From Butyrivibrio sp. CAG:318 (GTDB lineage Bacteria; Actinomycetota; Coriobacteriia; Coriobacteriales; Eggerthellaceae), in the NCBI GenBank assembly GCA_963627055.1, contig CAVGAF010000003.1, positions 5,177-69,176 on the forward strand: DNA of 64,000 nt. The letters run 5' to 3'. Under the pieces are notes generated by a model. It saw only the letters and a program-made list of their open reading frames with translations, did no database searches and had not been told where the DNA came from. Each line of letters opens with the position of its first letter. The first letter of the stretch is position 1. Positions 8,737 through 18,342 of this stretch are shown here, one piece after another. The translations under genes and the position numbers were made by a program.

Positions 8737-11361
8737 ATGAAGTTCAACAAGCAGGATTACATCACCTTCGACAGCGCCGGCGCCTTCAAGCAGGACGCCG
8801 CCGCGCCCGCCGAGGCGCAAAAAGGCGAAGGCGTCGCCGAAGACGCGGACGTCGTGTATCGCCTCGGCCGCATTTGCGAGGAGGCGCGCGCGGACATGGG
8901 GACGTCGCCGAACGCGCTCGGCGCCACGGACATGTCGGTGTACACGCAGGTGGAGCCGCGCCGGGCGCAATCCCTTCCCGACAAGGGCGCCGAGGGGTGC
9001 GAGTCGGACGGTCCCGTGGCGCTCGTGGTGGCGCGCGGGCGCATGGCGAAGAAGACCATCCTGGCCTGCCAGGACGTCGGCTTTACCGTCTGCGCCGCCT
9101 ACACGCAGGACCGCCGGGGCGAGGCCTATCTCAAGCTTGCCGATAGCAAAGTGAGCTTAGGCGACGCCTATACCGACGCGCTGTTTTCGAACAGCTATGC
9201 CGTGCTCGAGGCCGCGCATGCCTGCAAGGCGTCGGTCGTCCTGCTTGGCGAGGAGGCGCAGCCGCTTTCGAAGGTGGACACGTTCCTTTCCCGCGCAAAC
9301 GTCGAGGGGATCCGCGTATTCACGTCCTTGGGCGACTCGCCGCACCTTGGCTGGGTGCTGTGCACCACCGACAAGGACGCGCACGGCTTCGGGTCGTGGC
9401 GCACGTGCCGTCACTGCAAGCTGAAGTTCGACAGCGCGAGCCTTGCGGCGGGCCACTACATCTGCCCGAGCTGCGGCGAGTATCTGCGCATGAACTCGAC
9501 CGAGCGCATCAACGACCTGCTCGACGCCGGCTCCTTCAAGGAATGGGACCGCGTGCTCGCCGAGACCGATCCGCTTGACTTCCCCGGCTATATGGACAAG
9601 CTGGCGGCTCAGCGCGAGAAATCGGGGCTGGAGGAGGCCGTCCGCACCGGCGAGGGCACCATCGCGGGCCTGCGCGTGGCCATCGGCATCATGGAGTCGA
9701 CGTTTTTCATGGGCTCGATGGGCAACGTGGTGGGCGAGAAGGTGACGCGCTTGTTCGAGCGCGCCTGCGAAATAGGCCTGCCCGTCATCATCTTCACGGC
9801 TTCGGGCGGCGCGCGCATGCAGGAGGGGCTGGTTTCGCTCATGCAGATGGCGAAAACCTCGTGCGCCCGCGAGCGTCATGGCGAGGCGCATCTGCCCTAT
9901 ATTTCGGTCATCACCGACCCGACCACCGGCGGCGTCACCGCGTCGTTTGCGATGGACGGCGACATCATCATTTCCGAGCCGCACGCGCTCATCGGCTTCG
10001 CCGGCCAGCGCGTCATTCGCGACACCATTCGCCAGGAGTTGCCGGAAGGGTTCCAGACCGCGGAGTTCGCGCTCGAACACGGGCTCATCGACGCCATCGT
10101 CGAGCGCGCGGATTTACGCGCGACCTTGGCGCATATCCTCGCGGTGCATAAGGCGACGTCCATGCGGGTGCGCCCGGCGGACGCGAAGGCGGGGGCGCAG
10201 GATATCCTGGTGAGCTTCGAGGCCGTGCGCGACAACCTCGCGCACAACACCGCCACTTACAACACCGTCACCTTCGGCAATCTCAAGCCCGAGGAGATGA
10301 CGGTCGAGGAAGAGCAGGTGTGGGACAAGCTGCGCCGCTCGGTCATGTCGTCGCTGGCGCCCGATTCGCGGCGTTCTCCCGCGAACAGGCGCCTTGAGCG
10401 CGCGATCGCCGAGGGCGGCTTCGATGCCGAGGGCGGCGTGTCGCTCGAGGTCGAGGCGGGCCCGGGCGAGGGCGCGGGCGCGGCAGGCGAAGAGCCTTCC
10501 GCCTCGCGCGGCGCGAAGGCCGCCGTCGCCGGCGTCGCCGCGGCGGTGGTTTCGGCCGCCTGCGGCACCGAGGACGAAGACAACCGCGCGTGGCGCAGCG
10601 TGCAGCTTGCGCGCAACGTGCATCGTCCCACGGCCATCACCTATATCCGCTCGTTCGTCGACGGATTCGTCGAGTTGCACGGCGACCGCGCCTTCGCCGA
10701 CGACGGGGCCATTGTCGGCGGCATCGGCTGGATCGGCGGGCGCGCGGTCACGGTGATCGGCCAGGAGAAGGGCGAGAACCTCTCCGAGCGCATCCGGCGC
10801 AACTTCGGCTGCCCGCAACCAGAGGGCTATCGCAAGGCGCTGCGCCTGATGCGCCAGGCCGAGAAGTTCGGACGTCCCGTGGTGTGCCTGGTGGACACGC
10901 AGGGCGCCTACTGCGGAACGGAAGCGGAGGAGCGCGGTCAGGGCGGCGCCATCGCCGAGAACCTGGTGGCCATGGCGGGGCTGAAGGTTCCCGTGGTGAC
11001 CGTGCTGCTCGGCGAGGGCGGCTCGGGCGGCGCGCTCGCGCTTGCCGTGGCCAACCGCGTCGCCATGCAGGAGCACGCGGTCTATTCCGTGCTTTCCCCC
11101 GAAGGGTTCGCCTCCATCCTGTGGAAGGACCGCACGCGCGCCCCCGAGGCGGCGGCCGTCATGAAGATGAGCGCGGCCGAGTCGCTCGAGCTGGGCATCA
11201 TCGACGCGGTCGTTTCCGAAGGGGAGGGGCCGGCGCACGAGAACCCCGAGGTGGCGAAGGCCAACGTGCGTGATTATGTTTCCGCGACGCTCGACGAGCT
11301 GTGCGTCTTAAGCGCCGATGAGCTGCTCGAGCAGCGCTACCAGCGCTTCCGGAAGTTCTAA
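8737..11361 (+). CDS. accDA: Acetyl-CoA carboxylase carboxyltransferase beta/alpha fusion (AccD-AccA) with an N-terminal degenerate biotin-carboxylase N-domain
   Basis: Zn ribbon CRHC..CPSC, FMGSMG, SGGARMQEG, DPTTGGVTASFAM (AccD); ELHGDRAFADD, PEGYRKALR, GEGGSGGALA, YSVLSPEGFASILW (AccA); start ATG 8737 after AAGGA. Confidence 0.9.
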   Translation: MKFNKQDYITFDSAGAFKQDAAAPAEAQKGEGVAEDADVVYRLGRICEEARADMGTSPNALGATDMSVYTQVEPRRAQSLPDKGAEGCESDGPVALVVARGRMAKKTILACQDVGFTVCAAYTQDRRGEAYLKLADSKVSLGDAYTDALFSNSYAVLEAAHACKASVVLLGEEAQPLSKVDTFLSRANVEGIRVFTSLGDSPHLGWVLCTTDKDAHGFGSWRTCRHCKLKFDSASLAAGHYICPSCGEYLRMNSTERINDLLDAGSFKEWDRVLAETDPLDFPGYMDKLAAQREKSGLEEAVRTGEGTIAGLRVAIGIMESTFFMGSMGNVVGEKVTRLFERACEIGLPVIIFTASGGARMQEGLVSLMQMAKTSCARERHGEAHLPYISVITDPTTGGVTASFAMDGDIIISEPHALIGFAGQRVIRDTIRQELPEGFQTAEFALEHGLIDAIVERADLRATLAHILAVHKATSMRVRPADAKAGAQDILVSFEAVRDNLAHNTATYNTVTFGNLKPEEMTVEEEQVWDKLRRSVMSSLAPDSRRSPANRRLERAIAEGGFDAEGGVSLEVEAGPGEGAGAAGEEPSASRGAKAAVAGVAAAVVSAACGTEDEDNRAWRSVQLARNVHRPTAITYIRSFVDGFVELHGDRAFADDGAIVGGIGWIGGRAVTVIGQEKGENLSERIRRNFGCPQPEGYRKALRLMRQAEKFGRPVVCLVDTQGAYCGTEAEERGQGGAIAENLVAMAGLKVPVVTVLLGEGGSGGALALAVANRVAMQEHAVYSVLSPEGFASILWKDRTRAPEAAAVMKMSAAESLELGIIDAVVSEGEGPAHENPEVAKANVRDYVSATLDELCVLSADELLEQRYQRFRKF

Positions 11362-11477
11362 GTCGGCTTTAGCCGGCTCTATGCCGGCCGTCGGAACGCC
11401 TTGTTTGGGGCCGCCCTTCAACCGTTATGCGCTAGAATGGGAATTTGCCGTTGCAGCGTCTCAGGAAGGGTCGGCCC

Positions 11478-14400
11478 ATGATCACCGAGAACGAGATATC
11501 GATGCTTGCCAACCCGCGCGCGTTTGCGCGCGGGCGCTCGATTGCGTCGTCGAAGCGCGACATCCTCACCAAACAGGTGCGCTACGACAGCTTCGAAACC
11601 CAGGTCAGCGCCTTCGTGGCCTCGTCAAGCGGGTGGAGCGACCGTTACCGCACCTCGATTTCAATTGACGAGGACAAAGACGAGATCATCGACTATTCCT
11701 GCACCTGCCCGGCGTTTCGCGAATATTCCGGCATGTGCAAGCACTGCGTCGCGCTTGCGCTCAACTTCTCCGAGCATCCGCGGGACTATCTGGGCTGGCA
11801 GCCGACGAGGCAGGCCGCCTCGTCGTATTGCATCACCGAATTCATGCGCCGCGCCGACGAGGTGCTCTCCGATACCACCCCGCCGGGCACGGTGGAGCTC
11901 ATCCCGGAGCTTTCCTACGGGTTTGAACTGTGGTCGGCAAGCTTTCGCATCAAAGGGCCGCTCGGCACCGCGTATGTGCTGAAAAGCATTGACGACCTGG
12001 TTGACCGCGTGGAACTGCGCGAGCGGCACAGCTATGGCAAGAAGCTCGCCTTCACCCACTCTCCGCAGGCGTTCGACGAGCAGTCGCGCCGCATCGTGGA
12101 GTTGTTGACGCGCGCCTGCGAGACGCGGCGCGTCGGCGGCGGGTCGTGGTACTACAGCCGCTCGCAGGCCGTCGGGCGCACGCTTTCCATGACCCAAGCC
12201 GAGACGGTTGAATTGATGGACCTGCTTAAGGGGCGGCACTTTTCCATCAAGAGCACCGATTATTCCACGCCGAGTTTCGACCGCGTCCACCTCGTCGATG
12301 GCGACCCGTCCATTGAGCTTGCGCTTAAGAAGAGCGACCGCGGGTACTGGACCGTCGAGCGCGGCGGACCCGTGCGCATCGCGCAACATGGCGACAAGAT
12401 GTTCGTTTGGCTCGGCGGCGACGCCCTCTACCGCTGCACCGAGGAATTCGCGCGCTGCGCCGACTTCCTCCGCACGGTCTACAACAGCGACGAGCGCGTG
12501 GTCACCATCGCGGAGGCCGACATGCCGCTGTTCTGCGCGGCGGTGCTGCCCACCATCGAGCGCTCCCTTACGGTGAAGGCGCCTGTTTCCATAGACAAGT
12601 ATCGCCGCGTGCCCTGCAAGCTGCGGTTTTATTTCGACAAGGACGGCAAGGGGGTCGAGGTGCGCGCCGAGGCCGCCTATGGCGATCGCATCTTCACGCT
12701 GCGCGGGGTTTCTCCTGCGGGGGAGAGCGACCAAGCGGCGGGGGGCAAGCCCTCTCGCGAGGACGGCGGTGCCGCCCGCCCCGCGCCGCTGCGCGACAAG
12801 CGCGCCGAGCAGGCGGCGTGCGCGCTTGTCGACAACTACTTCGGCCCCGATGCGTATCGGCTGCCGATGTCTGCCGAAGACGCCGTGGGCCAGCTCCTCT
12901 TCGCCGGGCTTGCGGAATTCCGCGCCTTAGGCGAGGTGTTCACCACGCCGGCCTTCGACAAGCTTATCCGCGAGGGCAAGCCGCGCTTGACCATGGGCGT
13001 GTCGCTTTCCGGAAACCTGATCAACCTCGACGTGCAGGCCGACGACCTGGAATCCGACGAGCTGGCGGCCCTGCTTTCAGCCTATCGCAGGAAGAAGCGC
13101 TACCACAAGCTGCGCGGCGGGGCTTTTGTCGATCTGGGCGACTTCGACCTCGCGCAGCTCGACCGGCTTGCGTCCGACCTCGGTTTTAGCGTGAAGGATT
13201 TGGCGGCGGGTGCCATCGAGCTGCCGACCTATCGCGCGTTTTACCTTGACGAGGAGGAAGACCTCGACCGCGACCGCAGCTTCGAGGACTACCTGGCGAA
13301 CTTCAAGCGGGTAAGCGAAGCCGACTACGAGCTTCCCGCGTCGCTTGCGGACGTGCTGCGTCCCTATCAGGCCGAGGGCTTTCGGTGGCTTTCCGCGCGC
13401 TGCGACGCCGGTTTCGGCGGCGTGTTGGCCGACGAAATGGGCCTGGGCAAGTCGCTGCAGCTCATATCGCTTCTGCTTGCCCGTCGCGCGGAAGGGCGGC
13501 AGGTCGGCCCGAGCATCATCGTGTGCCCCTCGTCGCTCGTGTATAACTGGACGGCCGAGTTCGAGCGCTTCGCCCCCGAACTTAGCGTCGCTGCCGTTGC
13601 CGGCACGGCGGCCGAGCGCAAGCGCGCCCGCACCAAGGTGTTCTCGGATTGGGAGGCCGTGCTGTCGCCCGCCGCGGCGGCTGCGGCGGGAGCGGATTCT
13701 CTCGCGACCGATGACGGCGCTGAAGGCAAACCGGTATCAGCCGGTGACCGAACCGAGGAAGGCCTGGTCGATGTCCTGATAACGTCCTACGACCTCGCCC
13801 GCATCGACGTCGCCGACTGGGCGGGACGCGCCTTCTTCGTCTGTGCCATCGACGAGGCGCAGTACATCAAGAACCCGGCGACGCTCACCACGCGCGCCGT
13901 GAAGCGCCTCGAGGCGCGGCATCGCTTCGCGCTCACCGGCACGCCGATGGAAAACCGCCTATCCGAGCTTTGGAGCATCTTCGACTTCTTGATGCCGGGG
14001 CTTTTGGGCCCCTATGCGCGCTTCCGCGAGCGCTTCGAGCTGCCCATCGTCGGCGGTGACGAGGACGTGGCGCGGCGCCTGCAGGCGCTTGTGGGGCCGT
14101 TCATGCTGCGCCGCTGCAAGTCCGACGTGCTCACCGACCTGCCCGAGAAACTGGAAAGCGTCGTGTACGCGCCGCTCGAGGGCAAGCAGCGCAAGCTCTA
14201 TGCCGCCCACGAGCAGCAGCTGCGCGAACAGCTCACGCGTCAGCGCGCCGAGCGCAAGCAACGCCAGGCCAAGCGCGCAAGCGGCGAGGAGGTTTCCACC
14301 GTCGAGGTGCTCTCCGAGCTCACGAAGCTGCGACAGCTGTGTTGCGACCCGCGCCTTCTGTTCGAGGACTATCACGGCCGGGGCGCGAAGCTTTCCACCA

Positions 14401-14894
14401 TCATGGAGCTGGTGGCGTCAGCTATGGAGGGCGGCGAGAAGACGCTCGTGTTCTCGCAGTTCACGAGCTTTTTGGACTTGATTGCCGAGCAACTAGACGA
14501 GGACGGCACGCCCTACTACACCATCACGGGGGCGACTCCGAAGGCCGCGCGCGTGAAGCTGGTCGATGAGTTCAACGAAAACGACGTGCCGGTGTTTTTG
14601 GTGTCGCTGAAGGCCGGCGGCACGGGGTTGAACCTCACCGGGGCGAGCGTGGTCATCCATGCCGACCCTTGGTGGAACGCCGCGGCGCAGCAGCAGGCGA
14701 CCGACCGCGCGCACCGCATCGGGCAGACGCGCGTGGTCAGCGTGCAGAAGGTCATTGCGAAGGGCACCATCGAGGAGCGCATTCTGCGCCTGCAGGAGGA
14801 GAAGAGCAAGCTCGCCGACCAGGTGATCGGCGCAAGCGGCGTTTCCCTGGCGTCGCTTTCCACCGATGATTTGATCGAGCTTTTGGAGGGGTAG
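11478..14894 (+). CDS. SWIM zinc-finger SNF2-family helicase
   Basis: CTCPAF...CKHC SWIM motif; LADEMGLGKS, DEAQYIKN, LTGTPMENRLSELWS, LKAGGTGLNLT, DPWWN, RAHRIGQ. Confidence 0.93.
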   Translation: MITENEISMLANPRAFARGRSIASSKRDILTKQVRYDSFETQVSAFVASSSGWSDRYRTSISIDEDKDEIIDYSCTCPAFREYSGMCKHCVALALNFSEHPRDYLGWQPTRQAASSYCITEFMRRADEVLSDTTPPGTVELIPELSYGFELWSASFRIKGPLGTAYVLKSIDDLVDRVELRERHSYGKKLAFTHSPQAFDEQSRRIVELLTRACETRRVGGGSWYYSRSQAVGRTLSMTQAETVELMDLLKGRHFSIKSTDYSTPSFDRVHLVDGDPSIELALKKSDRGYWTVERGGPVRIAQHGDKMFVWLGGDALYRCTEEFARCADFLRTVYNSDERVVTIAEADMPLFCAAVLPTIERSLTVKAPVSIDKYRRVPCKLRFYFDKDGKGVEVRAEAAYGDRIFTLRGVSPAGESDQAAGGKPSREDGGAARPAPLRDKRAEQAACALVDNYFGPDAYRLPMSAEDAVGQLLFAGLAEFRALGEVFTTPAFDKLIREGKPRLTMGVSLSGNLINLDVQADDLESDELAALLSAYRRKKRYHKLRGGAFVDLGDFDLAQLDRLASDLGFSVKDLAAGAIELPTYRAFYLDEEEDLDRDRSFEDYLANFKRVSEADYELPASLADVLRPYQAEGFRWLSARCDAGFGGVLADEMGLGKSLQLISLLLARRAEGRQVGPSIIVCPSSLVYNWTAEFERFAPELSVAAVAGTAAERKRARTKVFSDWEAVLSPAAAAAAGADSLATDDGAEGKPVSAGDRTEEGLVDVLITSYDLARIDVADWAGRAFFVCAIDEAQYIKNPATLTTRAVKRLEARHRFALTGTPMENRLSELWSIFDFLMPGLLGPYARFRERFELPIVGGDEDVARRLQALVGPFMLRRCKSDVLTDLPEKLESVVYAPLEGKQRKLYAAHEQQLREQLTRQRAERKQRQAKRASGEEVSTVEVLSELTKLRQLCCDPRLLFEDYHGRGAKLSTIMELVASAMEGGEKTLVFSQFTSFLDLIAEQLDEDGTPYYTITGATPKAARVKLVDEFNENDVPVFLVSLKAGGTGLNLTGASVVIHADPWWNAAAQQQATDRAHRIGQTRVVSVQKVIAKGTIEERILRLQEEKSKLADQVIGASGVSLASLSTDDLIELLEG

Positions 14895-14992
14895 GGCGCG
14901 CCGGCCGGTTGGAGGCATCCGGTTTGCGGGACGCATCCAAGCTGGTAGGGCGCACCCAAGTCGGCCCGGGCGCTGGGGGCGCTCAGGCGCCG

Positions 14993-16579
14993 CTACTCTT
15001 CCAGTTTTTCCGCCAGCGGCTTCTCGTCGAGGGCGAGCATGCAGACGGCGGCGGCGATGGTCATGGGTACCATCAGCCAGAACAGCGGCATGAGCGCATC
15101 GTTGTAGGCGCCCGCCACCGCGGATTGCACCGCCTGCGGCAGCGCATGGACGATGGCCGGCGTCAGCGCGTTCATGTCCACGCCGAGCGCTTCCAGGCCG
15201 CCGAGGTCGGTCAAGTGCGCGCCAAGCTGGCATGCCAGGCCCGAGGTGAAGATGGCGCCGGCCACCGAGGTTCCCAGCGTCGTGCCTATTTCGCGGAAGA
15301 AGTTCGTGGCGCTCGTGGCGGTGCCGACGATGGCCGCGGGGAACTCGTTTTGCACGATGAGCACGAGTACCTCGAAGCTCAGCCCGTAGCCGAATCCCAT
15401 GACGCTTAGGTACGCGCAGCAGGCAAGCGGGCTCGTTTCAGCCGACATCGTGCAGATGAACGCCGTGCCGGCCAGCGCGATGGCGAAGCTTGCGGCCATG
15501 AGCTTCTTGTAGCGGCCCGTCTTGGCGATAAGCGCGCCGGAGGCCAGCGAGGCGACGAAGTAGGTGATCTCCATCGGCAGTTCCATGTAGCCCGCCGCCG
15601 TGGCCGACATGCCGTGCGCTATCTGGAAGTACGTCGGCAGGTAGGAAAGCGATGCCATCATGGCGAACAGGATGATGAAGCCGCCCACCGTGGTGAGCAC
15701 GAAGTTGCGGTTGCTAAACAGCTCCAGGGGCATGAGCGGCTCGGGGGCGCGTCGCTCGGCAATCACGAACAGCACCGTCGCGATGACGGTTAGCGCAACA
15801 AGCCCGATGATGACGGGGCTGTTCCAGGCGAAGGTCGTGCCGCTCCACGAGGTTACCAGCGTCAGCCCGCAGATGGCCACGGATATGGTCGCGGTGCCGG
15901 CGGCGTCGAAGTTCTTGAGCGTGCCCGCAATCTTTGGCCGGGGCAGCAGCTTCGCCGCCACCGCGATGGAAAGCACCGCCAAGGGGATGTTGATCCAGAA
16001 TGCCCAGCGCCAGCTCAAGTGGTCGGTGAACAGCCCGCCCAAAAGCGGGCCGATCATCATGGGCAGCGCCCAGCCGATTCCCATGACGTTAAGGTACAGT
16101 GCGCGTTTGCGGGCGGGCACGACATCGGCGACGATGGCCTGAGAGAGCACCATAAGGCCGCCACCGCCTAGGCCGGCCACCGCGCGCCCGGCGATAAGAA
16201 CCGTCATCGATCCCGCGGCGCCGCAAACGACCGACCCTGCCAAAAAGAGCGCCACTGCGACGATGAACAGGGGTTTGCGCCCGATGGCGTCGCCTACTTT
16301 GCCGTAGACGGGCATGACGATGGTGCTCGTGAGCACGTATCCCGTGGTGACCCACAGCATATGGTCCACGCCGCCGAGCTCGCCGACGATGGTCGGAAGT
16401 GCGGTCGAGACGATGGTCTGGTCAAGCGAGCCCATGACCATGGCGACTAAAAGCGCCGCGAACACGGCGGTGACGTTTCTCTGGGATGGCGCCTCGTCTG
16501 TCGTCGTGTACGGGGCTGTGCCTGTTGCCTGTTCCTCTCGTGCCGGCTGCTTGGCGGTTATCTCCTTGTCGTTGCTCAT
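14993..16579 (-). CDS. MFS drug:H+ antiporter, DHA2 (EmrB/QacA) family
   Basis: LDQTIVSTALPTIVGELG, YGKVGDAIGRK, WRWAFWINIP, EPLMPLELFSNRNF; start reassigned to ATG 16579 (MSNDKE). Confidence 0.92.
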   Translation of the reverse strand: MSNDKEITAKQPAREEQATGTAPYTTTDEAPSQRNVTAVFAALLVAMVMGSLDQTIVSTALPTIVGELGGVDHMLWVTTGYVLTSTIVMPVYGKVGDAIGRKPLFIVAVALFLAGSVVCGAAGSMTVLIAGRAVAGLGGGGLMVLSQAIVADVVPARKRALYLNVMGIGWALPMMIGPLLGGLFTDHLSWRWAFWINIPLAVLSIAVAAKLLPRPKIAGTLKNFDAAGTATISVAICGLTLVTSWSGTTFAWNSPVIIGLVALTVIATVLFVIAERRAPEPLMPLELFSNRNFVLTTVGGFIILFAMMASLSYLPTYFQIAHGMSATAAGYMELPMEITYFVASLASGALIAKTGRYKKLMAASFAIALAGTAFICTMSAETSPLACCAYLSVMGFGYGLSFEVLVLIVQNEFPAAIVGTATSATNFFREIGTTLGTSVAGAIFTSGLACQLGAHLTDLGGLEALGVDMNALTPAIVHALPQAVQSAVAGAYNDALMPLFWLMVPMTIAAAVCMLALDEKPLAEKLEE

Positions 16580-16598
16580 AACCTTGGCCGATCTTCCT

Positions 16599-17225
16599 TT
16601 AAGCTTGCGCGCAGTCGAACTCGTAGACGAACATCTGCTCGGGAAGGATGGACTCCTTTGGGTCAAAGGTGCGCTCGGCCCTGCGCTTCATGCCGCGATG
16701 CTCGTAGTATTCCCAGGTGCAGGTGGTATCGGTGAACAGGAAGCCCGTCTCGCCGCCGGCCTGGGCGAGGTAGGCCTGCGCGTCGGCGAGCAGTTTGCTG
16801 CCCACGCCGTGCCCGCGCGTGGCGGCCGATACGATGAACACCACCAGCTCGAAGTCGGGGTTGCAGCCCGATTCGGCGAGCAGTTCGTCGTCGGCGGCGT
16901 ATTCGGCGGCAAGGAAGTCGCGCAGCTCGTCAGTCGCGGCCGCATCGAGGGCGTCGGCCTGTGCATAGGCGCGCTCGCGCAGCTCTTCCCATTCTTTGAC
17001 GTCGTCCGCGTCCGGCATGCCCGCGCGTGCGAGCACCACGCCCTGGACGACGCCGTCCATCACGGCCACCTGCGAGTAGGTGTGGCGCAGCGCGTAGGTG
17101 GCGAAATCGATGACGCCGTGCAGGCGCGCGAGGTCGCCTTCGGCAAGTTCGTGCCAGGTTTCGGCGAGGATGGTGCCGATCCGGTCGGCGTCGTCGATGT
17201 TCAGGGGGCGGTATTCGATGGCCAT
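16599..17225 (-). CDS. GNAT family N-acetyltransferase
   Basis: Acetyl-CoA binding motif FIVSAATRGHGVGSKLL; LFTDTTCTWEYYEHRG. Confidence 0.85.
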   Translation of the reverse strand: MAIEYRPLNIDDADRIGTILAETWHELAEGDLARLHGVIDFATYALRHTYSQVAVMDGVVQGVVLARAGMPDADDVKEWEELRERAYAQADALDAAATDELRDFLAAEYAADDELLAESGCNPDFELVVFIVSAATRGHGVGSKLLADAQAYLAQAGGETGFLFTDTTCTWEYYEHRGMKRRAERTFDPKESILPEQMFVYEFDCAQA

Positions 17226-17244
17226 GGGGAACTCCTTTGCAATG

Positions 17245-17290
17245 GGTATAGTCCGTTATCGGACTAAGTAGACCGATAACGGACTATACC
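17245..17290. promoter_or_regulatory. Tandem palindromic operator upstream of the GNAT-MFS operon
   Basis: Perfect 18-bp inverted repeat GGTATAGTCCGTTATCGG-N10-CCGATAACGGACTATACC, built from two TAG(T/A)CCG-N4-CGGACTA dyads. Confidence 0.75.
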
Positions 17291-17351
17291 AGACTCAAAG
17301 GGAACGTTAAGCGGTATGGAGAAGTTCAGAGCGTCGCCGTTTCGAGGCACG

Positions 17352-17386
17352 AAAAAGGCGCCGGGCCTTGTCGGTCCGGCGCCTTT
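17352..17386 (-). terminator. Intrinsic terminator after the Mo-enzyme operon
   Basis: Stem AAAGGCGCCGGGCC / GGTCCGGCGCCTTT with a flanking A-run (U-tract on the minus strand). Confidence 0.7.
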
Positions 17387-17454
17387 ATACACCTAGGGCG
17401 CAAGGGGAGGGAGGGAAGGAGAACGCGCGCCCTTCGATGCTTGAGGTGCGGATG

Positions 17455-18339
17455 CTAGAGCGTGTACAGGGCGTACACCGAAGCACCCATCTGGTAGAAC
17501 ACCACGCGCAGGCAGATGCAGCAGATGACGGCGGCCACGAGGCCCACACCCGCCCACAGCTTCCAGTTGCCGCCCTTCTTCTTGCCCATGTAGGCGCAAG
17601 CGATGGGGATGAGCGCGCAGATGATGGTGGCGATGGTCAGCGGCAGGCTCTGTGCGCCGAACGGCGAGATTGCGCTGATGTCGACCATGCCGGCCGTCGG
17701 CTGCACCGGATCGATGTAGTAGTCGATCTGGGTGAACTGGCTGTTGCTCGCGGCCATGACGATGATGTAGCCGATGCTGGTGACCGCGGCCACGATGGAG
17801 CCGACGAGGTTCGCGCCAACGTTGCTAGCGCTGATCTTGCCTTCCTTGATGTCCTCGATGACGGCGACCGTGGCAGGTCCGAGCACGAACGAGGCGCCGA
17901 GGATGGACAGGATCTCGACCACGTTGTTCCAGGCCGGGCGGGCATCCATCATGTAGGAGTGGCTCATCACCACGTCGAGGATCACCGAGATGGCGATGCC
18001 GCAGACGGCAACCCACTTCGGCACCGAGCCGCCGTCCTCGGAGCGGCGCAGGCACGCCAGGTAGATGATGGCGACGACGCCGAGCACCACGATGGCGATG
18101 AGCTCCTGGGTGATGCCGGAAGTGATGTGGCCGAAGCCGTTGAAGATGCGCTCCCAGTGCTCCAGGTGCAGAAATACCGAGATACCCGATATCACCAAAA
18201 GCAGTGCGGCGACGATCCAGCAGGTAAGCTGGCTTTTCTTGCCTTCGCCTTTAAACGCCAGGTAACTCTGCGTGCCGAACACGCCGACGCACCAGGCCGC
18301 GAAGGTGGTGAAAAGGATAAGGGGCCATTGCAGTTCCAT
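17455..18339 (-). CDS. DmsC-type membrane anchor subunit of the molybdoenzyme
   Basis: MELQWPLILFTT N-terminus, SVFLHLEHWERIFNGF..ITSGITQE; about 8 hydrophobic segments; third gene of the operon. Confidence 0.85.
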   Translation of the reverse strand: MELQWPLILFTTFAAWCVGVFGTQSYLAFKGEGKKSQLTCWIVAALLLVISGISVFLHLEHWERIFNGFGHITSGITQELIAIVVLGVVAIIYLACLRRSEDGGSVPKWVAVCGIAISVILDVVMSHSYMMDARPAWNNVVEILSILGASFVLGPATVAVIEDIKEGKISASNVGANLVGSIVAAVTSIGYIIVMAASNSQFTQIDYYIDPVQPTAGMVDISAISPFGAQSLPLTIATIICALIPIACAYMGKKKGGNWKLWAGVGLVAAVICCICLRVVFYQMGASVYALYTL

Positions 18340-18342
18340 GTC

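Noticed and set aside
11478..14894. SNF2 helicase as part of an anti-phage system
   Set aside because: SWIM-SNF2 is a common stand-alone bacterial family; no methylase, nuclease or other defence gene is adjacent
14890..14955. Short direct repeat GTAGGGCGC after the SNF2 stop codon
   Set aside because: Only two 9-bp GC-rich copies; compatible with chance and not a CRISPR array or IS end
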